NCBI GenBank assembly: GCA_965223345.1 | Contig: CBDCWG010000007.1 | Span: 93,426-157,425 of the forward strand | Reading direction: 5' to 3' | Length of the DNA stretch: 64,000 nucleotides | DNA from: Nitrospinales bacterium | GTDB lineage: Bacteria; Nitrospinota; Nitrospinia; Nitrospinales; VA-1 | Shown here: in pieces, positions 32,553 to 43,236 of the stretch | How the letters are laid out: the number at the start of each line of letters is the position of its first letter | How positions within the stretch are numbered: the first letter of the stretch is position 1 | Notes under the pieces: model-generated | What the model saw: the letters and a program-made list of their open reading frames with translations, nothing else | The model's database searches: none | What the model was told of the DNA's origin: nothing | Program-made: the position numbers and the translations under genes

Positions 32553-35500
32553 ATGGAACCCTACTCTGCAATCGAGAATTTTCTCCGGCGGGTCAAGCAG
32601 ATCCGGGCGGGGGATCTGTCCCTCAAGGGAATCTACTGGCTGCTCGCGGTCGCGGGTGCGGTGTACCTGGCCGGGAACCTGCTCGCCTATTTCAACGTCC
32701 CTCATCTGCAAACGCTGAAGCTGCCGCTGGCGCTGCTGTTTGTGGCGGTCCTGGGTTACACCATCTACCGGCACCTGTTCAAGCAGGGGCCCTACGCGCC
32801 GTTCACGCTGGACGATGCGGCGTTGCTCACCGAATCCCGGCATCCGGAGCTCAACAACTCCCTGATCAACGCCTCGCAGCTTTTGCGCCAGCTTTCGGAC
32901 CCGGGGCGCGAGAGCCAGGTTTCGTTTTCGCTCATTCAGGAGCAGCTGCGCCGGACCCAGAAACAGATCGAAAACATCAATCCCGCATCGGTGGTGGACG
33001 ATTCGGACAGCGTCCGCAGCCGCTACCTGTTCCTGGGAAGCGCCGCGGCGCTGTTGCTTGCGGTCATGGTGCTGCCGAATTTTTTATCCCGGGGATACCA
33101 GAACTGGATCGCCCCGCCCGCTTCGGAGCCCGCGGCGGCGCTGGCGGTCGCTGAGAAGCCGCAGGAAACCGCGCCCGCCAAGGCGGTGCGCTCGACCATC
33201 GAGGATCTCAAGCTCACCTACCATTTTCCCGCCTACACCGGCAAGAGCAGCAAGGTGATCGACCCTTCGGACGGCAGCGTCTTCGTGCTGCCGGGGACCG
33301 AGGTGCGGGTGGAGGCCAAGGCGGTGCCGGCGGTGCCGGCGGCGGAGCTGGTGCTCAACGGCAAGGACGGCTTTTCCATGCAGGTGCTCGATGCCGGCCG
33401 GCTGCAGGCGCAGATTCTGGTCAAGGAACCCGGCTTTTACCAGTTCAAGGTGAAGGATGCGGACGGCGCCCGCCATCTGCTGGCGAAAAAATACGAGATC
33501 AATCTGGAAAAAGACAACCCTCCCAGCGTCACGCTGTTCATCGCCAATCCCAAGCCGGTGTATTACGCCAACTCCAAGGTGGAGCTGTTCTATGAGATTC
33601 AGGACGATTACGGCATCCGGGAAATCGAGCTGGTGGCCGTGATCAACGGCAACGCCCTCTCGATTCCGGTCAAGCGGCTGAAGGAAGGGGAAACGATGGT
33701 CAAAGGCAGCTATTCCTGGAATCTGGGCGGCATCGACTTCGGACCCGGGGACGAAGTGCAGTATTACCTGGAGTCCAAAGACAACGACAACGTGCTCGGG
33801 CCGAACATCGGCCAGTCGGAAACCTTCTCCTTCACCATCTTCGATTCGCGCAAGGAGCGGGAAGACCTGATCCTTTTGCAGGAAGAGCTGACGGAAAAAC
33901 TCATCGCCCAGCTGGCGGTGAGCCTGGTGGCGGGCAGCGATTTTGTGAAAGGCGGGCCCAAGGATGCGATGCACTGGAAAAACCATTTCGTCGGCAGCGC
34001 GGACGCCCTGATCGAGATCATCGGGCTGGCGCAGCGCATCGAGGAACGGGCCAAGGCGCTGGAGTTTTTCCCGCGGCCTTATTTCGACTTCCTGAAAAAC
34101 GTCATTTCCGGTCTGACGCGCATCCGCGACCAGCAGATCGTCATGATCAACCAGATCCAGAACACGGTGATGAAAACCACTCCGGTGGCCTACAGCGCGT
34201 TTGCGGTGGAGACGCTCAACGAACGGCTGATCACCCACCTGGAAACCGACGTGCTGTTTCTGATCCGCATGACCAACCGCCAGAAGCTCGATCAGGTGAT
34301 GGACCTGGAAAACCAGCTCAACGAGCTGACCCAGTCGCTGCGGGAGGAATTCGAGAAGATCCGCGACAAGAAAGCGCCGAAGATTCCGGCGGAGCTGAAA
34401 GCGAAGATCGACCAGATCAAGGAAACCATGCAGAAGATCATGGAGCAGCTGGCCCGCCAGACCCAGGCGCTGCCCGATGAGTTCCTCAATGCCGGGGCGT
34501 TCAAGAGCCTCGACCTGGACCAGTTTTCCGCATCGCTGGACCGCATCATGGATCTGGCGAACGAAGGCAAAATGGACCAGGCGCTGGAGGAGCTGCAAAA
34601 GACCGCCGAGGACTTGCAGACGCTCGCCAACCAGCTCGATCAGGCGCGTTCGGATATGGACGAGCTGGTGGACATGGAACTGATGAAGAAACTGGAAAAC
34701 TCGATGCAGGAAATCCTCAAACTCGAAGAGGGACAGAAAAAGCTGCTGGAGCAGACCACGGACATCAACCAGAAACTGCGCGAAGCGCAGACCAAAAACT
34801 TCGAGAGCGCGCTCAACAATCTGTTTGAAGAGCTCAAAAAAGACATCCACGCCATCCAGTCGATTTTCAGGGAGGACGACGCCTACCTGAAAAACCATCC
34901 CACCATGCAGTCCATGAGCAAACTGCAGGATGAAGAGATGGCGGTGAACCAGAAGATCCAGGAGCTCGGACAAAAAACCGTCGATGCCAACCAGAGTGAA
35001 GACCTGGACAAAAACTTCAAAGCCCTGAACCAGGCGCGGCGGGAGCTCACGAAACTCACGGCGGAGATGGACGCGCTGCGGGTGGACGTGTTCCTGAAAT
35101 TCCTGGCGGCGCTGCCCGGCCTGCAGGGCAAATACGAAGCGCTGGATGAAATGGCGGATCTGTTCGACCTGAACGAATTCAACAATCTGTTCAAAAGCAC
35201 CTATCCAGAGGTGTTCCAGTGGCAGAACTCGATCCGCACGGTGCCCAATCAGCGCGAGGACCTGCAGGACCGCGTGGGCACGGATCTCAAGGAAGTGACC
35301 CGGCTCAACAGCGAGATCTCCAAGAAGCTGGGATCGCTGATGCGCATGATCCGCGACAGCGACCAGTCGCTGCTTTCGGAAGCGGACAAGGCGGAGATGG
35401 AAAAGATGGCCGGGCAGGAAAAGGAAATGAAGCAGTCGGCGGACCGGCTGGCGCAGGAGTTCGGCCAGATCAACCGGCAGAACCCGATGATCACGCCGGA

Positions 35501-35897
35501 GCTGTCGGCCAAGATGTCGCGCACGGGACGCTACATGCAGCAGGCGGAATCGAACCTGAGCGAGCACCGGGTGCAGCGCAGCATCGATGCGGAAAACCGC
35601 GCGCTGCGTGAGCTTGCGGAAACCCGGGAGATGCTGCAGGAAATCAAGGAATCCAACCAGCAGATGGCGCAACGCTCGGCGCGCTCGACGCCGCTGAAGT
35701 TCGGAACCGGCCGGGCGCGGGATCCGCGGCGCGGCGGGTCGGCGCGCATGCAGAAGGAAAAGGTCAACCTGCCTTCGGAGGATCAGTACCGGGTGCCCAG
35801 CGAATTCCGCGATGAAATCCTGAAGGCCATGAAAAAGAACACCCCGAAAAGTTACGAGCGCCTCGTGATGGAATATTACAAGGAGCTGGTGAAATGA
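32553..35897 (+). CDS. 1114-aa membrane-anchored coiled-coil protein (DUF4175-like)
   Basis: Two or three N-terminal TM helices. Beta-rich region of about 200 aa. About 500 aa of E/K/Q/L coiled coil. C-terminal motif PSEFRDEILKAMKK...YERLVMEYYKELVK. Confidence 0.7.
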   Translation: MEPYSAIENFLRRVKQIRAGDLSLKGIYWLLAVAGAVYLAGNLLAYFNVPHLQTLKLPLALLFVAVLGYTIYRHLFKQGPYAPFTLDDAALLTESRHPELNNSLINASQLLRQLSDPGRESQVSFSLIQEQLRRTQKQIENINPASVVDDSDSVRSRYLFLGSAAALLLAVMVLPNFLSRGYQNWIAPPASEPAAALAVAEKPQETAPAKAVRSTIEDLKLTYHFPAYTGKSSKVIDPSDGSVFVLPGTEVRVEAKAVPAVPAAELVLNGKDGFSMQVLDAGRLQAQILVKEPGFYQFKVKDADGARHLLAKKYEINLEKDNPPSVTLFIANPKPVYYANSKVELFYEIQDDYGIREIELVAVINGNALSIPVKRLKEGETMVKGSYSWNLGGIDFGPGDEVQYYLESKDNDNVLGPNIGQSETFSFTIFDSRKEREDLILLQEELTEKLIAQLAVSLVAGSDFVKGGPKDAMHWKNHFVGSADALIEIIGLAQRIEERAKALEFFPRPYFDFLKNVISGLTRIRDQQIVMINQIQNTVMKTTPVAYSAFAVETLNERLITHLETDVLFLIRMTNRQKLDQVMDLENQLNELTQSLREEFEKIRDKKAPKIPAELKAKIDQIKETMQKIMEQLARQTQALPDEFLNAGAFKSLDLDQFSASLDRIMDLANEGKMDQALEELQKTAEDLQTLANQLDQARSDMDELVDMELMKKLENSMQEILKLEEGQKKLLEQTTDINQKLREAQTKNFESALNNLFEELKKDIHAIQSIFREDDAYLKNHPTMQSMSKLQDEEMAVNQKIQELGQKTVDANQSEDLDKNFKALNQARRELTKLTAEMDALRVDVFLKFLAALPGLQGKYEALDEMADLFDLNEFNNLFKSTYPEVFQWQNSIRTVPNQREDLQDRVGTDLKEVTRLNSEISKKLGSLMRMIRDSDQSLLSEADKAEMEKMAGQEKEMKQSADRLAQEFGQINRQNPMITPELSAKMSRTGRYMQQAESNLSEHRVQRSIDAENRALRELAETREMLQEIKESNQQMAQRSARSTPLKFGTGRARDPRRGGSARMQKEKVNLPSEDQYRVPSEFRDEILKAMKKNTPKSYERLVMEYYKELVK

Positions 35898-37462
35898 TGC
35901 GGACCGCGCTTGCCTTGTGGATCGGATGGATCGCCGCGGCCTTTCTGGCCGTCGCGGTGCCGGTGCGCGCGGCCACCATCGCGCCGGAAGCGATCTTCGA
36001 GGGCCACAAGCTGATCGAGGACTGGCGCATCGCCGAAGCCGACGCGTTCGTTACGGAACTGCTGAAGCGGTATCCCCAATCCGGCGACGTGCATTTTTTG
36101 CAGGCGCGGGTGGAGTTTTTCAAGGGCAATTACGACTACGCCTGGAAGGTGCTCAAGCGGGTGGACAGCTCCCGCGATGTGGTGCGGGAGTTCAAGAGCC
36201 TGGTGAACGAAACGCGCAAGGCGGCGGCCCCGTTCGTCACGCGCGAATCGGAACACTTCATCTTCAAGTTCGTGAAGGGGCCGGACGAGATCCTGGTGCA
36301 CTACGCCGAGGAGGTGCTGGAAGCCTCGTATCACACCCTCGGCAAACTGCTCGATTATTACCCCAGGGAAAAAGTGCGGGTCGAGATCTATCCGGACCGC
36401 GACCCGCTGTCGCAGGTCTCCCCGCTGACGCGCAAGGACATCCTCACCTCCGGCACCGTGGCCCTGTGCAAGTACAACCGGCTGATGCTGATCTCCCCGG
36501 CGTCCCTGGTGCGCGGCTACGGCTGGATGGACACGCTGAGCCACGAGTACATTCATTATCTGCTCACCAAGAAAAGCCGCAACAACCTGCCCTTGTGGAT
36601 GCACGAAGGCATCGCGAAATACTTCGAGAACCATTGGCGGCAGGGCAAGGATTTCCTCACGCCGCTCATGGAAACGGTTCTGGCCAGCGGGCTCAAAAAC
36701 GATTACCTGATTTCTTTGGACAGCATGATGCCCTCGCTCGCCAAGCTGAAAACGCAGGAGGACGTGCAGCTCGCCTACGCGGAAGTGGCCTCGATGATCG
36801 ATTTTCTGGTGCGGGAGCGCGGGCACGAAACCCTGCCGCTGTTGCTCACCGACCTGGCGGACGGGCAGGATTTCGAAACGGCGCTGGAAAACCGCTCGGG
36901 CATGGATCTCGACACCTTCCAGGAGCAATGGAAAGCGGCCGTGCAGGCGAAGAAGCTCAAGACCATTCCGGGGCTGAAGGTATTGGAGAAACGCTTCAAA
37001 AAAAACCGCTCCGCGGACGTGGAACAGAAGGAATACCGCGAGGTCGGCGCCCGCCGGTCGCAGGACCTGACGTTTCTCGGGGATATCCTGAAATCGCGCA
37101 ACGAATACAAAGCGGCGATCGTCGAGTACGAAAAGGCGTACAAGGAAAGCGAAGTGCGCTCGCCGATTCTGTACAACAAGCTGGCGGGCACGTACATGAT
37201 CCTCAAGGATCACGACCGGGCCGAGTCGTACCTGAAAACCACGCTGGAGCATTATCCGGACTTTCACACGACTCTGGTCAACCTGGGCGAGCTGTATTTC
37301 GCCACCGGCCGGCATGAAAAATCGCTCACGTACTTCCAGCGCGCCGTGCGGGTGAACCCGTTCAACCCGTTCGTCCACCTGCGGCTGATCGAAATTTACG
37401 AGGCGCTCGAGATGCCGGAAGAAAAAAAATTACAGGAAAGCCTGTACAAATTCATCGAGTGA
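35894..37462 (+). CDS. secreted putative gluzincin metallopeptidase with C-terminal TPR repeats
   Basis: Signal peptide. HEYIH followed by HEG 17 residues downstream (HExxH-x17-E). TPR-like C-terminal region. Confidence 0.65.
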   Translation: MMRTALALWIGWIAAAFLAVAVPVRAATIAPEAIFEGHKLIEDWRIAEADAFVTELLKRYPQSGDVHFLQARVEFFKGNYDYAWKVLKRVDSSRDVVREFKSLVNETRKAAAPFVTRESEHFIFKFVKGPDEILVHYAEEVLEASYHTLGKLLDYYPREKVRVEIYPDRDPLSQVSPLTRKDILTSGTVALCKYNRLMLISPASLVRGYGWMDTLSHEYIHYLLTKKSRNNLPLWMHEGIAKYFENHWRQGKDFLTPLMETVLASGLKNDYLISLDSMMPSLAKLKTQEDVQLAYAEVASMIDFLVRERGHETLPLLLTDLADGQDFETALENRSGMDLDTFQEQWKAAVQAKKLKTIPGLKVLEKRFKKNRSADVEQKEYREVGARRSQDLTFLGDILKSRNEYKAAIVEYEKAYKESEVRSPILYNKLAGTYMILKDHDRAESYLKTTLEHYPDFHTTLVNLGELYFATGRHEKSLTYFQRAVRVNPFNPFVHLRLIEIYEALEMPEEKKLQESLYKFIE

Positions 37463-37511
37463 CCGGCCGCCGCCCGGCGCGGCCGCACCCTAAACCGACA
37501 GGACGTTTTTA

Positions 37512-38498
<987 letters not shown>

Positions 38499-38544
38499 AC
38501 GGGCATGCTTTTTCAGGAACTGCGTTTCGATCCTGAAAGACGAG

Positions 38545-39213
38545 TCAATCCACCGCGACCGGTTCCATCAACTCGGCATCGTTGTTCTCAACTTTGTTGA
38601 CCCGCTTGTCCACTTGCCAAAACTCGATTGCCTCATCCGCAAGCGGCTGAAGCAGGTACCCGAGATCTTTTCCTTCAATATTCAGGTCGAGCCACTGCTC
38701 AAACCGATCTTCGCTCAAGTGAACGGGCACGCGATGATGGATGGCTTGCAACACAGGGTTGGCGGCAGCGGTGAGGATGGCTACGGTTGGGATGGGAGCG
38801 GTGCCTTTGTTCGGCGCCCAGCTCGACCAGACCGCTGCGAATGAAAACATCCCTTCCCTGGGCTTGATGAAATACGGGGTCTTGGTCTCATCGTCCCGCT
38901 TCCACTCGTAAAATCCGCTTGCCGGTACGATGCAGCGCTGTTTTTTGAAACTCTCGCGGAATGTGGGTTTTTCTCCGATGGTTTCGGAACGGGCGTTGAT
39001 CATGGGCTTCTTGTCATCCTGTGCCCATGAGGGAATCAGTCCCCAGCGCAGCAAATGGATTTCACGTTGATGGGATTTCCTGGATTGAAGGACAACGGAG
39101 ATGTCGGTTTGCGGCGCGATGTTGTAGTTCGGATCGAAAGGAGCGCGGTTTTTTGCTTTGTAGAAATGCTCCAGTTCCCGTTCTGATGCTATTTGAACGA
39201 ATCTGCCGGGCAT
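38545..39213 (-). CDS. SRAP/YedK (DUF159) homolog with Cys2 replaced by Pro
   Basis: N-terminus reads MPGRF (atg ccc ggc) rather than the invariant MCGRF. Downstream of umuC. Confidence 0.8.
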   Translation of the reverse strand: MPGRFVQIASERELEHFYKAKNRAPFDPNYNIAPQTDISVVLQSRKSHQREIHLLRWGLIPSWAQDDKKPMINARSETIGEKPTFRESFKKQRCIVPASGFYEWKRDDETKTPYFIKPREGMFSFAAVWSSWAPNKGTAPIPTVAILTAAANPVLQAIHHRVPVHLSEDRFEQWLDLNIEGKDLGYLLQPLADEAIEFWQVDKRVNKVENNDAELMEPVAVD

Positions 39214-39216
39214 CGT

Positions 39217-40470
39217 TCAGACCACCGTCAACAGTTCATCCCACTGCGTCGTGTATCGTGGCGACCGCAAGCCGCAGCGCATCTTCCATTCCCGGGTGAT
39301 TCCCTCTGCCCCAAAGAACAGCGTGTTGGGGCCGTGGCGGTCATTGATCCGGTCCAAAATACTCATCAAATGGTCTCTCTGCCCCCGATTCTGTTTCACA
39401 AACAAATGACCCTGCTCCATAGAATCGGGGATCAGGTCCAGCAGCATGAGCCCGGTTTTCTTGTAGCGGTATCCCGGCTTGTAAATCTTGTTCAGGCAAT
39501 ACTTTGCCACTGCGATGACGATGCGCGTGTCGCTGGTCGGGACCGGCAGGGTGCAGGTCATCCCGTTGTTGTATTGCTGGTCGTCTGGCCTGAACTCACT
39601 GGTGCATACAAACACATAGACGGCTTGGGCGCGGCTGTTCTGGTTTCTGAGCTTCTCGCAGGCCCGCGCTGCGTAATTGGACAGGGCTTCTTCCAATGGC
39701 CGCTTTTCCGTGAGCAGATTGCCGAACGACTTGGACGACATGATATTTTTGCGCGGCTGAATATCCTCCAGATCGATACAGGACTGCCCTCTGAGTTCCC
39801 GCAGGATGCGCTCTCCCACCACGGATAGTTGCTTGCGGATGATGTGCGGGTGCGCGTCTCTGAGCTGCGATGCTTTGCGGATACCCATTCGGCCCAACCG
39901 CTCGGCCCAGCCACCGGCTATGCCCCATACTTTGTGGACATCCAGTTTTTTCAGGATTTCCTCCTGTATCTGTACATTCCGGATATCGAATACGCCGTCC
40001 CGTTTCTTGGCAACGTGATTGGCCGCCTTCGCCAACACCTTGGAAGGGCCGATGCCGATGGACACCAGAATGCCGGTCCATTGCATGACCTTCCTGCGGA
40101 TCTTCTGGCAGTACGCGTCGAGATTTTCGTGCGGCAGGCGATCCAATCGTAGAAACGCTTCATCGATCGAATACACTTCCATATCAGGACAGAAAAGGCG
40201 CAGGCTGTCCATCACCCTTTGCGACATGTCGCCGTAAAGTTGGTAGTTCGAGGAAAAGACCGCGATCTTGTGCTTTTTAATCAGTTTTTCGTGCTCGAAA
40301 TAAGGCACCGCCATCGGGATGTTGAGGGCCTTGGCCTCACTGGAACGGGCAACGATGCAACCATCGTTGTTCGAAAGCACGACGATAGGACGGCCTTTTA
40401 GAGCGGGGTTGAAAACACGCTCGCAGGAAGCATAGAAGTTGTTGCAGTCCACCAGGGCGAAGATCTTCAT
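39217..40470 (-). CDS. umuC: Y-family translesion DNA polymerase subunit UmuC
   Basis: N-terminus ALVDCNNFYASCE. Confidence 0.9.
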   Translation of the reverse strand: MKIFALVDCNNFYASCERVFNPALKGRPIVVLSNNDGCIVARSSEAKALNIPMAVPYFEHEKLIKKHKIAVFSSNYQLYGDMSQRVMDSLRLFCPDMEVYSIDEAFLRLDRLPHENLDAYCQKIRRKVMQWTGILVSIGIGPSKVLAKAANHVAKKRDGVFDIRNVQIQEEILKKLDVHKVWGIAGGWAERLGRMGIRKASQLRDAHPHIIRKQLSVVGERILRELRGQSCIDLEDIQPRKNIMSSKSFGNLLTEKRPLEEALSNYAARACEKLRNQNSRAQAVYVFVCTSEFRPDDQQYNNGMTCTLPVPTSDTRIVIAVAKYCLNKIYKPGYRYKKTGLMLLDLIPDSMEQGHLFVKQNRGQRDHLMSILDRINDRHGPNTLFFGAEGITREWKMRCGLRSPRYTTQWDELLTVV

Positions 40471-40904
40471 AAAAGATTATGCAGGCAATGGGTCACCACG
40501 CCCCAAACCGTGACCTCGTTGCCTTCCTGCAGCTCAATCGGCGGGTGGTTCGGGTTTTCCGATTGCAGCGCAATCCGCCCGTTCATCTTGAACAACCGCT
40601 TAACAGTCAACTGGCCATCCACCTCGGCAATCACAATTTTGCGATGGGATGGCTCCAGGCTGCGATCGACGATCAATAAGTCTCCATCAAAAATTCCCGC
40701 TCCGGTCATGGAGTCCCCGGAAGCCCTGACAAAATAAGTCGCCGAAGGATGTTTTATGACATGCTCGTTGAGGTCGAGTGCCCCTTCCATGTAGTCGTCG
40801 GCGGGAGACGGGAACCCGGCTTCGACCCGGCACAAGGCGACGGGAACGGGGGTGCGCTCATGGGTATTGGCAGCAACCAGAGGATTCGCCATGGGGAAGA
40901 GCAT
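40467..40904 (-). CDS. umuD: UmuD / LexA-like S24 peptidase
   Basis: S24 Ser-Lys dyad region (GDSMTGAGIFDGDLLIVDR...KRL). Overlaps the umuC start. Confidence 0.85.
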   Translation of the reverse strand: MLFPMANPLVAANTHERTPVPVALCRVEAGFPSPADDYMEGALDLNEHVIKHPSATYFVRASGDSMTGAGIFDGDLLIVDRSLEPSHRKIVIAEVDGQLTVKRLFKMNGRIALQSENPNHPPIELQEGNEVTVWGVVTHCLHNLL

Positions 40905-40981
40905 ACCTTCCGTACTACAGAAGTGTCAATCTAATTTTCGCTAAATTTTCGCCCTCTGAAAAATGAATGAAGCAGTTGCTT

Positions 40982-42244
40982 TCAAGAAGCCGATCGGTGC
41001 GGGTGGCGGCTTTGCAGTTGTCCTGCATGCGCGGAGGTTGGCGGGAGCGGTTTGCTTCCCGCGAAGCGTTTGAGCCAGGAGTCGATCGTCTTTTCAAACA
41101 GGGGGAAGAAGAAGGCGATCGGGATGAAAACATACGCCACCTTGATCGCGGCTCCAAAGGGAATGTAGCGGGAATCCCAGATCAGGCCGACCGCAAAGGG
41201 AAGCGCGCGGAACAGAAACAAATAACCCGAATAGAAAACAAGATAGGTCAACGGATTCAAAAGCAGAAACACTTTGACCGCCTTGAAATCGGCGTACGTC
41301 CTGCCGTTCCACTGGAACTCAAGATAGGGACCGCTTCGATCTTCATTCAGGGATCGGGCAAACGGCTGCCAATGGAACGCCCGGTCCGGATCGATCCAGC
41401 GGGAAACCCGTTTCAGCCATTGGCTGAGGCGATGCCGCGGGTCGTACTGAATCCGTGTGGCCGTTTCGGGCCATTTGAAAAACACCAGGTAAGAAGCGGC
41501 CGCGACCGGGAAAAAATAGGCGAACAGGCCCTGCAGGTTTGCGGACTCGATCGTGAAGACCATGATCGAACTGTGCAGGAAGATCCCCAGCCAGACACCC
41601 ACGGTGTAGAACCGGGGAATCAAAAACCCGAGCGCAATACTGAACTCGAGAAAAATCGTCACCCAGCTGAACAGCCGGGAAAGCAGCATGGGTGGAAAGT
41701 AAGAGGCCGCCAGCATGTAAGGGGCGTGCTTCAGGCGCTCGTGCGTCCAGAATTCGAAAAACTGCCCGTTCAGCCAGTCAGGATCCAGGATCTTGTTCAA
41801 GCCCGCTCCAAAATAAATCACGGCGACCTGCAGGCGCAGCAGTGCCAGCCCGTGCTGTTTGTCATGCAATCCGATCAGAATCAGGAGAAACGAAGCGATC
41901 ACACTGTGGTTGCGGTATTCGATGCGTCCCGCCAGAATGGCAACCAGGACCGCCAGGCCCACCATCAGGCAACCCGCCCGCACGGAACGGTTGAAGAAGA
42001 CCAGAAACGCCCCGAAGAAAAACGCACCGCACAAAACGGCGGGAAACGCTTCGAAGGAACGCAGCGAATCGAAAACGGGAACGAACGGCAGAAAGGGAAC
42101 CTTAAAGTGTCTCCACTCGGAAAACAGGAAAAGGCAGAGCAGGATCAGCTTGGCCAGCAGCAACAGGTTGGCGGGCAGCGCGGTCCCACCGATGCGGACG
42201 GGGTTCCAGGAAGAGGCGGCCCATTTTTTCAGCGCGTGTTCCAT
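40982..42244 (-). CDS. HTTM-domain polytopic membrane protein
   Basis: Multi-TM protein. Start taken at MEHALKKW. Confidence 0.65.
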   Translation of the reverse strand: MEHALKKWAASSWNPVRIGGTALPANLLLLAKLILLCLFLFSEWRHFKVPFLPFVPVFDSLRSFEAFPAVLCGAFFFGAFLVFFNRSVRAGCLMVGLAVLVAILAGRIEYRNHSVIASFLLILIGLHDKQHGLALLRLQVAVIYFGAGLNKILDPDWLNGQFFEFWTHERLKHAPYMLAASYFPPMLLSRLFSWVTIFLEFSIALGFLIPRFYTVGVWLGIFLHSSIMVFTIESANLQGLFAYFFPVAAASYLVFFKWPETATRIQYDPRHRLSQWLKRVSRWIDPDRAFHWQPFARSLNEDRSGPYLEFQWNGRTYADFKAVKVFLLLNPLTYLVFYSGYLFLFRALPFAVGLIWDSRYIPFGAAIKVAYVFIPIAFFFPLFEKTIDSWLKRFAGSKPLPPTSAHAGQLQSRHPHRSAS

Positions 42245-42573
42245 CGCCACACCTGTTCTTTGCCCCCGTTGACGGTATAGGTGAGTTTCACCGCAGCGCG
42301 GTCGTTCCACCCGTAGCTTTCCTCATATTGCTGCACGATTTTCTGGATGTGCGCGATGGCGCGGTTGTCCGAGCCTCGTTGCGGTATCCGGTAGCGCGCT
42401 TCGATTTCATGGGCGGTCAGTTCCCCGTCCGGCAACACGACCTGAATCTGATACCGGTTTTGCGAATCGAACGGAGCCCAGCAGAAAAAACGCGTCGGCA
42501 CAAAGCGGGCGTAGCCGATCATGCCGAGTTGAAACAGCAGCAGCGCCCCCGCCAGAATGTATTTGAAGCGGCT
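42229..42573 (-). CDS. small two-TM protein between the DCC and HTTM genes
   Basis: MSRFKYILAGALLLFQLGMIGYARFVPTRFFCWAPF... Overlaps the HTTM start by about 16 nt. Confidence 0.4.
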   Translation of the reverse strand, partial: SRFKYILAGALLLFQLGMIGYARFVPTRFFCWAPFDSQNRYQIQVVLPDGELTAHEIEARYRIPQRGSDNRAIAHIQKIVQQYEESYGWNDRAAVKLTYTVNGGKEQVWRWNTR

Positions 42574-42584
42574 CATTGATGCGG

Positions 42585-43049
42585 TCATTTGAGAAAGCGG
42601 GCATCCAGCTCCGGGGTGGGAAGGCGGCAGGCGTCGAGCTTGCCGAACCTGAGGTACCGGCTGGCGGCGACCCGGCGGTAAACCCAATCCCGCACCATTT
42701 TGGGCACGACGGACAAGGCGTAGCAAACCGGCCACAACTTATGCAGGCGTCTCAGCGTCCTCAGGATGGACGTGGAATACAGGTAATGGGTGCCGTTTTC
42801 GATGAGGACGATGCTGTCGAGAAAGTCCGCCGGCAGCCCGACCTCCAGCAAAAGGCGCCGCCCCGCCGGCGACTGCAGCGCCGCAAACCGGAAACGCTTT
42901 TGCGGGTCGCGCTCGATCACAAAATCGACCCAGCCGTTGCACAGATTGCACACGCCATCGAACAGGATGATGGCAGCGGGGGGTTCCGCATCGTGCGGAC
43001 GGGGCCCCATCCCCTCTTCCATTTCCCTGTGGTTTGCCTTCTGGATCAT
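42585..43049 (-). CDS. DCC-family thiol-disulfide oxidoreductase (DUF393)
   Basis: ILFDGVCNLCNGWVDFV DCC motif. Confidence 0.75.
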   Translation of the reverse strand: MIQKANHREMEEGMGPRPHDAEPPAAIILFDGVCNLCNGWVDFVIERDPQKRFRFAALQSPAGRRLLLEVGLPADFLDSIVLIENGTHYLYSTSILRTLRRLHKLWPVCYALSVVPKMVRDWVYRRVAASRYLRFGKLDACRLPTPELDARFLK

Positions 43050-43236
43050 CGCCCCACCCCGTGCTCTTGCAGGAAAACACGCACTCCCTCCTCAGGAGGC
43101 GCTATACGTCCGATCTTTGAGTGTACGCGGCCCGTGTCAAGAGAATGTCAACGCTTTGTCGCGATATCGTTGCAAACGGGGTGTGCGGAACGCAGCGATG
43201 CGCTTCGGTTGATTCGGGGAGAAACTGGGGTGCGGA

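Noticed and set aside
33084-35672. 862-aa minus-strand ORF
   Set aside because: Antisense to the DUF4175-like giant gene, whose plus-strand product has coherent TM and coiled-coil architecture.
40891-40985. Possible LexA/SOS box upstream of umuD (TACTACAGAAGTGTCAATC)
   Set aside because: It does not match CTGT-N8-ACAG or other known LexA consensus palindromes that I can recall. Left unassigned.
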